64,000 bases of DNA from Epiperipatus broadwayi (taxonomy: Eukaryota > Animalia > Onychophora), in contig JAQFVV010000005.1 in the NCBI GenBank assembly GCA_028023455.1, forward strand, positions 7,254,001-7,318,000, given 5' to 3'. The notes under the pieces are model-generated. The model did no database searches. It saw only the letters and a list, made by a program, of their open reading frames with translations, and was not told where the DNA came from. Positions 52,071-63,149 of this stretch are shown here, in pieces (positions within the stretch are counted from its first letter, which is position 1; every line of letters begins with the position of its first letter). A program made the translations under genes and the position numbers.

Positions 52071-54389
52071 TTCACAGTCTCTATTCTTATTTTTATTTGC
52101 TTTTAAACTCGATTTACTTGATGCATTCAAATCTTCATTAAAATCAGAATTCATTTTCGAATTCATAACTTGTATTCGATCCTCAGATAGTGAAAACTAT
52201 TGGACAAATTAAAATAAAAAAAATGATGTAAATGTTAATAAACACTTACCTTAATTTTTGATATACATCTTGGCAAAAAAATTTTTTTTTGAAAGTACAG
52301 AATTTAAATTGAATAAAACAAACGATGTGCTAGAAAATCCGTACAGTTGCGCCATCTACTGGCTAAATCATTATTTAATTAATGGGCATTGTTTGAAAGA
52401 TAAAAAAAAACTACTTTATTTGATTTTCCGTTATGGATAAAATTAACTAGATAACAGAAGAAAAAATGGAAATAGAATTATATTTTAATAAATAATCAAA
52501 ACTGTTTTTGCTTTTTGATTTAACATGTGTTATATGTTTTGCTTTTATTAAATAAATAATCTGTTACCAATGTAAAAAAAAAGAAAACTTTTTTTTTCTT
52601 TGATTAATTAAACCAAGTTTTGTTTGGATAGAGGATTCATCTATTGTTGTGATGGGTATATAACTTGCTGTTAAAACCACTCTCTCTTGCTAATTTCCTG
52701 TAAAGAAGCCCCATTTGGTTTCATGGTAAAGCAGCTCTTATCTTTTGGTAAAGCAATCCACTTTGCTTTCCTCTCAAAGAACATACCTAGAATTGTAAAA
52801 TGATAAGTTCTGTTAGAAAGTGAAAATAAGAAGCATGAATTGCTAAACCCAAAGTTGTATGCCAATCTGCAAACTAGACTATGTAACCTACAGTGAAAGA
52901 ATTACCTATCTGTGAGGCAAGATACAGCTCTCTTATGGAAAATCACCAGTAACCTGTCAGTGGAAATAGATGGTAGCCCTCCTGTGGAAGATTATCAGCT
53001 GTTACCTTGCCTGTATTGAGTAAGATGGTGGTCAACTTATGGCCTATTTGTTAAGCCTGTCGAAACAATTGTTATCTCTATCTGCCATGAAGATATTAAT
53101 GTAATTAATAATAATCAAATTATCCTAAATATGGTACCATGCTTAAAGATTGGTCTAATCTAATTAAATGATTTTGAGTAAGAAAGTTTTATTTTATTCA
53201 TTATTTTAGTAATTATAATGTTATAAATAATTGCAATTTTATAATTCACTTTAAATATAATTTCCCATTTGCTAGCAATAATTTATATTTGATTTTTTAA
53301 ATGTGTGTTTTAAAATATATATGTGATAAGCTGTTTGATTAGTTTTTTATTTATTTATTAAAATCAGTTTTGTCTGTGTGTAGTTTCATTTCATATTATT
53401 CTTTTTGAGTTCATGTTTTATCTGATGATATTTTAGGGGATTATGAAATCAACCAAAAGTATAGGGGTGTATAAATCTAAATCTACTTTTTAGTCAGATA
53501 ATATCATTTATTAATTAGAAACGGTACTTAGGTGTAATTCATAACCTTATAAAGTTAGTTTGATTAAAAACACAATAGTTTTTGTTTGATTAAAGGGGAT
53601 GATTATGGTGTTAGGTTGTTCCATTTAATGTTGTAAACAAAATAGTTAATTAAAAAAGTACAGTTGTTAATTGGGCAACCAGCACATAGTTAATTCAAAT
53701 AAAAATGATTACCTTTTCTATGTCTGGTATATTATTTAGAACTCAATTTACCCCTATCCATATGCAGCGTTTTTTCATTCCATTATAATATATAATGTAT
53801 AAATTGTGCGTGCTGATTTAAGCACTAATATTGCAAACTTTAAATTTTATTCTATATGTGAAATTGTATATACTCATTTATGTTTCTAGAGACACAATTG
53901 ATTTGAAAGTACTGAATTTTTTCTGGTGTGAAAGTCTATTTTCACTTTAGAAAAATAAATAATGTATGAATATTAGTATGCCTTTTTAAGTTGTTTTACC
54001 AAATTATTTGTTATTAAATAAATATTATATATACATTTTTAAGTATAGTGTTTATTTACTTAGCTCCCTGACTGGTCTTCAAGAGACCCTCAGAATTCAG
54101 AAAAGTCAAAAGCTGATTTTCTCATTTTAACCATGCTTCATAATAGGTTCTCATTTTATCTGTCAAGGATTTGTTAGAATACATCAAGTGGTTGGAGTTT
54201 AAAAGTCATACCTGCTGATATTATTACCAGATCACAGTTTTTTGTTTTTACTTTAAGCTTAAACTACAGACAAATGTTATAATTTCTTTGTCAATTTGCT
54301 TTCATGTAAAAGAAATTTTTTCTATTAAAATCTGAATCATTCTAAAATAATATTTTCACAAATTTTCTGGAAAAAATTAAAAATGTGAA

Positions 54390-54850
54390 TCATTTTCACT
54401 TTGAATTTCAAAAGGAAAACATCAGGAACTGTCTTGATCCTTGACGGACACTCTCTTGTGTACATAACAAAAAAAAACAATCAATGCCTTGGAAGATTTT
54501 TATTACATTGCTATAACTTTAAATGTAAACTTATTGATCTATTAGTTGTAAAAAAATTCTAAAGGTTATTCAGTTCAGTTTTCTTGTTAATAGGCTAGTA
54601 AAATTGGCAAAATGATGTTAAAAGATTCTAAAACATTTGCTTTCACTTTGAAATTCAAAATGAAAACATCAGGAACTGCCAAAATGATTTATTAGTTATA
54701 AAAAAAATTCTAAAGGTTATTCAGCAGTTTTCTTGATAATGGTAAAATTGACAAAATAACATTAACAGATTCTAAAACATTTATTTTTGCTTTGAATATT
54801 CAAAACCAAAACATTGAAAACTGTCAAAATGATTTATTAGTTTATAAAAG
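54390..54850. repeat. Diverged tandem repeat, about 150-bp unit x3
   Basis: Recurrent TTTCACTTTGAA..TCAAAA.GAAAACATCAGGAACTG...TTATTAGTT.TAAAAAAATTCTAAAGGTTATTCAG. Confidence 0.7.
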
Positions 54851-54857
54851 TTCAGTA

Positions 54858-56651
54858 CCTATCTTATTGGCTGTCTATATTTCCATTTTTATCTTTTATT
54901 AATTCATTGAATACTGTTTTGACATATAGGGATAACTAGTCAATCATTTGAAGATTTCTTTAGAAAAATGGCAATTTATTGTAGTAATAACTTACTTAAT
55001 AAATTCATTGTGTAATCTAAAATCTGTTATTAGTTTTCATTGACAGATTTATTTATTTATTTATTGGCAAACTTTTAGTATTTGTTTTATTTCAAATTCT
55101 AAAAAAAAGGCCAATTGTATGTTTCCTTTGGATTTCTCATTGTCGTCATCCCCATTGTATATCCAATATTGGCTTACAAAATTGATTGCTTTAAAATTTC
55201 AATGTTCTTTTGATTTGTAAATGGTAATATTTTTTTTGGACATTATTCTTTACACTTTCTTATTGGCTTTTTACATAATTAAAAAGTGAGGAACAAGGGA
55301 TGGGAGGATGGAATGGCATCTGCAGTATTCCTAAAATCAAACCCACTTGCTTTGATTTATAACAGACAGATTTGATTTGGAATATGATTTTGTCTTTAAA
55401 TTTTTTTTAAAGTTTATCTTTCTTATTTATTGTTTTTTTCAAAAAGGGAAGGGATAGTTGTCAATTACATGTCAAACAACTTCTGCTTCTGAAATTGAAA
55501 TTTTAAAAATTGTAATTTTTTTCTTTCTTATTGGCTTTTTAAAAAAATGAAAAGAGATGGATGAACTGCATAGCTTCTTAAAAAGTCAGGAGACAGTGGT
55601 GAATTGCTTTTTTGAGTGATTCTCAACTCCATTCAAACACTATAAATAAAAATGAACTGTCTGGCTTTTAAACAACCATAAATAAATAAAAAATCTTGAT
55701 TTAATTTATACTTTTTTTAAAACTAAAAATTATTTAAATAAATATACCACTGCAAGAAAAAGAAAATATTTCTTTATAAATTAATTTCTAAAAGGTAAAT
55801 TATTTATTAAAATGAGGAACAGGAAAATGTTCTCTTTTTTAAAAAAAAAATCTTTACAAATCTAGATTTTAAAAAAGATAATATAATTTTTTTGCAAACA
55901 AGAAAAAAATAATACAAAATCCAGACCTATTTGCCCTTTTTTCAAAACTCGATAAAAAATTGAAATGATGAATTAGGAAAAAATAAATAAATAAAAGGCC
56001 AATGAAAAACAAGAGTAAGAAGTTTTAGATTAAACGTAGAATTTATTCATTTCCTCCACCTCCATCCCTCTTCTTTAAATCCAATTAGAAATTGCAAGGA
56101 AAGTTTGCCCCCTCCCCCCAATTAAGAAAATGGTTGTTTAAAAAAATATTTTTCAATAAAAATTACATAGTTTTTATAAATTTAGTTGCAGTACATTGGC
56201 TAGTTCTGTTCTCCTTCCCCTTACTTTTTAAACCAAGAAACCAAACAAAAGAACAATCCAAATTTCCAAATTTTTTTTCCAATTACAAATAAGAAAATGA
56301 TTATTTGAAATTTATCTACCATTCAGTAATCGCTTATTTTTGTTGCCCCCCCCCCCCACAATCTCTTTCTCCCACTCATCCATTCCCACCTCTTATCTTT
56401 AAGCTGGATAAGAAATTGAAGAGAAATTATTGACAAAAAAACATAAGATCTATTGTCAATGACAACTAATACTAAGGTTATTAGATTAAGCAAGAAATTT
56501 CTCAGTTAAGTCAGTAATATTATCACTACTAAGATAAATCGTCATTTTTGGAAAGAACTCTACAACTTCTTGATTAGTCATCCCAATGTTTAAAAGTGCT
56601 TAAAGACTCACTTAAAGATAAAATGGAAATGTAGATAGCCAATAAAATTGG
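54858..56651. mobile_element. 1.8-kb non-coding TIR element, TA-flanked (copy 1)
   Basis: TA|CCTATCTTATTGGCTGTCTATATTTCCATTTT ... AAAATGGAAATGTAGATAGCCAATAAAATTGG|TA. Homologous along its length to 60402-62224. Confidence 0.75.
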
Positions 56652-56709
56652 TATTATAAATTCTAACGGTTATTCAGTACAGTTTCTGAATAAAATAATG
56701 ATAAAATAG

Positions 56710-57005
56710 AAAATTATTATTCACATATAAAGTGTGATAAACAGACTAAAATTCAAAAAAACATTAATCACAAAAACTATTTACCAAGCACTTTCAGTAC
56801 CGTGTACCAGAATCAGTATTTGTGAATAATGTTTTTTGAATTTTAGCTACTCTGGTTGTCACACTTTATATGATTCTGATACACGGTACCAAAAGTGATT
56901 GGCAAATAGTTTTTGTGATTGTTTTTTTAATTTTTAGTTACTCTGTTTATCACACTTTATATGTGAAGAATAATTTTCATTATCTGGTAGAGTTTTTGCA
57001 TTATT
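56710..57005. mobile_element. Nested foldback insertion with truncated hammerhead-like halves and 14-bp near-TSD
   Basis: Inverted arm, internal tail copy, forward arm, then extension. TAATG(A/G)TAAAATAG at 56696-56709 and 57006-57019. Confidence 0.75.
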
Positions 57006-58019
57006 TAATGGTAAAATAGGCAAAATAATGTTAAAAGTAGCAGTTTAAAAGATAGTTAAAGCCATTTGTGAAATTAATCCCAAAAATATTTACATTTAAT
57101 ATTAAATCTTTTTTCTTTTGATTAAAAAAGATTTAATACTATTTTATACAAGGATATCAATCATAATACTTTGTGCATGTATAGTGAAAAGCAAAGAACT
57201 GCAGAAATAAGGTATTAAAAATTTTTGTTTTGAATTTAAGATCCACCCCTTTTTTGAGTTCAATACAGTAATTGCAAAATAGGTTTCAAAACTAAATTTC
57301 AGTGAAATAAATTACTTAATGTACCTCTAATCTTATGCAGGTTCCATCACATCATACAATTTCTGCCATTAATCAGATCTCACAAAATGATGTAGTTTTA
57401 AATATCTAATAGTTTTGAACTTTTGATTCTTTTTTAATTCTATAAAACTGCACTTGAATAAAAAAGAAACAAAACTCAGTGGTATATTTATTAGTTATTT
57501 ATTATAATGAGATTAAAGTATAACAGAGAAACAGTAAAATGAAAAGCTTAAATTAAATATTAAGTTTTTTTTAAAACATAATTTAAAATAATAATAAAAA
57601 AATTGGAATATTTAGTAAAAATTTTAAATGACTTATCTTCCCACCCCTCATATATGTATGTAAATGGATTGTGTCCTGTACATGAGGGGTCAGAGTGACT
57701 TGTTTCTTTAAGTAAATAAAAAAAAAAGTTTTTTTTTGTTGTATTAAAAAGTTACACTAAAAACAAAATAAGACTGCTTTAAAATCATATCACTGTTAGA
57801 ACAAAACTGTAAAAGTAATATTTTTAATTAATTGTTGGAAGCTGTTGTGCACATTTTTATTCATTATAAAATTATTTATTTAATAAGGATTTGGTGAATC
57901 TAATAATACTATAAATTTGAAATATAATAAGCTTTAACAAAATGAACACAAAAAGGCAAGGTGCATTATTTAATTTTTTAAAATAAGAGTTCAACCTCCC
58001 AAGCAAAATCAAATGAAAC

Positions 58020-60200
58020 TAAAATTGGTAGTCCACCAAAAAAACAAATCTTCCTTCAATAAATGTTGCAATGATGAATATCTGCAGTATGGATTTATCC
58101 TTGAGTCTAAATCTATGGAACAAGATGTATAGCAGATGTGTGTAATCTGTCATGATGTTCAATCTAATTATGCAATGAAAACATCAAAAATGTTAAATTT
58201 GGTATCAAAATATTGAGAATTAGGGAAAAAACTCTTGGAATATTTTAAACATAAAGAGAAAAAAAAACTTTTGTTCAGAATAAATCCTATTAAAATGCTG
58301 TAGAAACTTTGATAAATCTAATTTTATTAGATGTTTGTTCAGAAATGTTTGAATGGATCAGCTGCTTATAAAATCAGATTGATATCTCTTTCTAATGATA
58401 CTACTGTAAAATGAATTGCTATATTGCTAGAAAACATAGAAAAACAACTAATAAACAAGGGATCAAAACTATTTGCAATTCAAATGAATGAATCATCTGA
58501 TATTTTCAAAAGAAACTACATTAATCTATTATGTTAGATATATCAACAATTCAAATTGATGAATTATCTGAAATTGCCAAAAAAAGCTATATTAATATAT
58601 TATGTTAGGTGTCTTGACTTTATTTCTGAAGAGATCAATGAGGAAGTTCTGTTATATAGAACAAGCTTCATATACAACAACCACTGAAATTTTTGTGTTA
58701 AATTCTTACATTAATAAACATGATTTGAATTGGAAAAATTGTGTAGCTTTATTTTCTGATGGAGTGGCTAACATGGTGGGCAAGCACTGCGTTGTTATTG
58801 TAATATATTGAGTTGCTGTGTACATGTGGCTGAAAGGTTACTCCAGAAACCAAATAATACTGAGGTTCTTATGACCTTTTACATTTCTGACATTCCTTTT
58901 GGATCTTCTGTGAGATACTGTACTGAGATTTTGACTCTTCTGTGGAAAGTATCCTGTTGCTTTCTTTCTTGGCCCTTTAACTTTTTTTCTGGACATATTC
59001 TGTAACCTTTTCCCTTGGCTCTTGAGCTTTAAGTCTGACTAAAAGTGATTTATGTTGGGGCAGGAGGGTTAGAGTATGGGCCTTTGTTGTTTTCTAAAGT
59101 ATATATTTAATTAATAAATCTTTTAAACTCCAAAGATTACCTTTAATTAGAAAAAATCCAATTAGGGATGTAATTAGCTTTTTCTTTAATATATAAAATT
59201 TGTAACTTTAATTCCCTGATGAATTTTTTAATTTGACAGATTAAAATTATTTTAACATTTTAAACTTATACATTTTTTTAAAAATCAATATATATAGCAG
59301 TTACTAAAAAAATTCAGGAAGTAACGATGCCTGATTTATTAACTACACCTTGCATAATACATTGACAGCATTTAGCAGTTAAAAATTTATTCACAAAATT
59401 GAATGAAGTCTTAGTTGAATCTATAGAAATCGTAAATCTTGCAACAACAAAAAAGTGATCTAAATTTCAGACTATTCTCCCTAGTTTGTCAAGAGTTTGG
59501 AGCAGAGCATGAGGAATTATTACTTCATACTGAAGTCAGATGATTTTCTTGAGATAAAAACCTAAGCAGGCTATTTGAATTAAGAACAGAATTATAAATA
59601 TTCTTGACTGAAAAAAAATCATTTGCAAATTATTTTCATGAAATGGAATGGGTTGCAAAAGTAGTTTATTTAAGTGATATATTTTCCTACATTAATGATT
59701 TAAATTTAAGTCTACAGGAAAATGGGAAGAATGTATTTAGGTAATAATAAAAAAATTCAGTTTGGGCTAGGTAGAGTAAAAGAAATCAACTACAATCTAT
59801 TTCTTAATTATTATGTTTTATTAATGAGCACCAAGATATGTACCAATTGAAGTTAAGTAAAATTATTCACCATATGCAATCATTAGATAATAGTTTTGTA
59901 AAATATTTTTCATTCAAAATGATCTTATTTATGGATTAAAATCCTTTCAGAAATCTTTGAAACAACATAAATTTAAATACTGAAGAATATAAATATCTAT
60001 TGGAAATGAGTTCAGATTTGATATTAAAATTAAACTTTCCCACATTGAATTTAAATAAATTTTGGATCCAAAATTAAAAATGAGTATCCAAGAGTGCAAG
60101 AAAAATTAATGAAAATGCATGACAAATTTGTGTGAAAGGGGATTGTGAAATGGGATTGTAGGTAATGTGTGCTATAAAAAACAAACTCTGAAACTGTCTT
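58020..60200 (+). mobile_element. Decayed Buster/Charlie-type hAT transposase, interrupted at ~58800-59300
   Basis: NDEYLQYGF...CVICHDV.SNYAMK, FAIQMNESSD, WKNCVALFSDG, CIIH*QHLA, LLLHTEVR and YLSDIF. Confidence 0.8.
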
Positions 60201-60401
60201 TCCATTGTTTTATATCCTTGCTCACTTAACCAGTTTGATGGCAACATGGCTGGTAGAAAGTAGGAAGCAAAGCATGAGGGTGCCAATACAAGAGGGGCAA
60301 AGAACTGGTGCAAAATTAAGAATATATTTATTTTTGTTCTGTTATGAAAATTAATATGACTTAATTCATTATTTCTACGAAGTAAAAAAATATAAATCAT
60401 A

Positions 60402-62224
60402 CCGCTCTAATCAGCTATCTACCTTTCCTTTTTATCATTTATTAACACTTTTTAAACAGTGCTTTGAGATCATGAAACAACACAGGGATGACTAATTGAT
60501 CATTTGAAGATTTTAGAAAAATGGAAATTTCTCATAGTAATAATTTATAAATTCAATATCAGATTTAAAGCTTGTTACATTGACTCGTTTCCTTTTTTTC
60601 GGCTAACTTTTAGTAGTATTTGTTTTTTCATTCAAATTCTAACCAAGATCAAATGCAAGTTTTTTTGATTTTTCATTGTTGTATAGCTAATATTGCTTAC
60701 AAAATTGATTGCTTTAGAATGTCAAAGTTCTTCTTTTGATTTGTAAATGACGGTTTTTTTTGGACATTATTCTATCTTTAAAAAATTGTATAAGTTTATT
60801 CTTTCTCATTGGCTTTTTAATTAAAAAGTAAAGAGAGGAAGTGAAGAATTGAATGGCATCCATAGTTTTCCTAAAATCAAACAACCTGTTTTGATGAACA
60901 GATTTGATTTGAAATATTTTGTCTTTAAAATTTTTTAAAGTTCTTTCTTATTGGCTTTTTAAAAAGGGAGGGGCCAATTGTGAATTGCACGTCTCACCTA
61001 TTCAAACAACTTCTGTTTTGGAAATTTGAATAATTTTAAAAATATGTAAATTTCTTTTTTATTGGCTTTTTAAAAAGTGAGAAGAGAAGAAGGAAATGTG
61101 TCTATTATCTAATTCAAACAACTTAGGACATAAATTGTCTTAAAAAAAATTATTTTGTTTTTAGCTTTTTAAAAAATGAGAAGTGGTTGAATTGCTTTTT
61201 GACTAATTCTCAACTCAATTCAAAAGAAAACTATTCAGAGACTACAAATAAAAATGTACTGTCTAGCTTTTAAACAACAATAAATTTTTTAAAAAATCTT
61301 GATTTATATTATACTTTCTTTTGGAACTAAAAACTATTTAAATGAACACCATGGCAAGGAAAAAAAAATATTTCTTTATAAATTAATTTCTAAAAAGTGA
61401 ATTATTTATTGATATGCACAAGATGAAAAATGTTTCCTTTTTAAAAAAAAAAACTATGAATCTACATTTACAAAAGAAAATGTTAAATTTCTAAAGAGAG
61501 AAAAAATATATAAATTTCAGATCCTTCTCCCCTTTTTCAAAACTCTATAAGAAATTGAAATGACAAATAAAAATTAGCAAAAATAAAAACAAAACAAAAG
61601 TTTGTCTACGAAAACTGGGGGGGGGGGGTAAGAAATGTTAAAGTAGACATAGAATTTATTAATTTCCTCCACCCACCCCTTTTCCCTTTTCTTTAAATCC
61701 AATTAAAAATTGCAAAGAGAAATAAAAGTTCTCCCAAAAAAAATTAAGAAAATAATGGTTGGTGAAAAAAAAACTGTCAATAAAAAGATTACAAAGTGTT
61801 TGCTAGTTCTGTCCCCTAACCATCCTCTTTTTAAATTAAAAAAAAACAAAACAAAAGAACAAAATCCAAATTTTTCATTTATTTACAAATAAGAAAATGG
61901 TTCTTGAAAATTTATCTACATTTTGTGAATTGTTTATTTATTTATTTTTCCTTTTCTTCCTATCCAAGCACACATGATCTCTCTCTCTCTCCCTCTCACC
62001 CCCCCCTCCTTTTAAACAGAATAAGAAATTGAAAAGACAAATTACTTAAAAAAAAAAAATGTTGTTAATGAAAACTAATATTAAGAGGAATTTATAAATT
62101 TAGACATAACATTGTTACTTCTAAGATAAATCACTACTTTTGGACAGAAATCTAAAATTTCTCAAATAGTATTATCAGTGTTTAAAGACTCGAAGAAAAA
62201 ATGGAAATGTAGATAGCCGATTGG
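60402..62224. mobile_element. 1.8-kb non-coding TIR element, TA-flanked (copy 2)
   Basis: TA|CCGCTCTAATCAGCTATCTACCTTTCCTTTT ... AAAATGGAAATGTAGATAGCCGATTGG|TA. Confidence 0.75.
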
Positions 62225-62718
62225 TACGATATAAACGTATTAAAGTATTATTCTAGGTTAAAATTATAAACGTATTAAAGTAATCACTTCTTGAAATATG
62301 ATTTGCCAATTATAATTGTCTAGTTTTTCTCTTATGATGGTGTCTTCTTGTGCTGGGTTTACATGATCCGTATTTCAAATCACGTTGCTATGTTATGCGA
62401 AAATTAAACAGTCTATTTTACTATTAATGTCTATGTTATATATATATTGCAATGATTATTTGGTATTTATAAAATAATAATAAATATAACTTCAAAATTC
62501 TTTATTCGCTTATAAAAATATCTTAAAATTTACAGTATCAAATAAAATTTAAAAAAATAATCAATTTTTGGTTTAGTTTTAAAAACACATGCAAAAATAT
62601 AAAAAGATATATGTGGATAAATTAGTTAAAATAGAATCAGTTTAAAGTAATATATATATGTACACATACTGGTAAATGCTAAATAGTGACATAAACTTTT
62701 AATGCAATAATTAAATGT

Positions 62719-62877
62719 AAAAAGGCAAAAATTCTCCACATAGTAGTGCCACCTTGTGCTAACCTATGTAATCAATGGCTGCCAGAAGGCTTGTGCATAA
62801 AATCCCTATCTAGTGCCTTCTCATCCAATATCCCCAGACTAGTTTCTGGCTTGTGATCATGTGATTTTTAGTGGTTT
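62719..62877. mobile_element. Family A insertion (inverted copy truncated inside HHR stem II plus forward extension) with 13-bp TSD
   Basis: AATAATTAAATGT at 62706-62718 and 62878-62890. Contains CCAGACTAGTTTCTGGCTTG. Confidence 0.85.
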
Positions 62878-63149
62878 AATAATTAAATGTGTTGGTGCAT
62901 GTATAAATGTTTATATTTCTCTGATATATTTAAATATAAAGGAATACCATTTTAAAATATTTTGGTAAAGTTATTTTAAATCTGAAATAAAATCTCAATT
63001 ATTGTGAGAATGTTAAATAAAATAAAAATAATTTATTTTAATATCTATAATATAAATATTTGTTCTAACATTGTGATTTGTATATTTAATTTTTTTAATG
63101 TATAACTATTTTATTTAAATGCTTTAAAATATTATGTGCATGCTTCTCA

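Larger units (their letters stand above)
48180..52160 (-). pseudogene. LINE ORF1 (gag-like), long, interrupted by Merlin and family A insertions
   Basis: ORF fragments at 48180-49866 chain by frameshifts. The frame can be followed by eye through 50400-50750 and resumes at 52071 (MNSKMNSDFNED...RDCE|FYRDNDPDE). Confidence 0.7.
44830..52250 (-). mobile_element. Fragmented, essentially full-length L1/Tx1-like LINE with two nested insertions in ORF1
   Basis: ORF1 fragments (low-complexity N-terminus, RRM-like region, CCHC knuckle CFICKDRSHLVKTC, NWAEEV) are followed by ORF2 (APE, RT, zf-RVT). Both ends are approximate. Confidence 0.85.

Noticed and set aside
58802-59300. Insertion within the hAT remnant as an RTE fragment
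   Set aside because: Only a weak KVIRTSVLFG resemblance; boundaries and TSD not found.
354-63000. The many 60-110-aa ORFs in the track (antisense to zinc-finger or TE genes, or F/I/L/K-rich)
   Set aside because: These are shadow ORFs or chance ORFs in AT-rich DNA, many with non-ATG starts.
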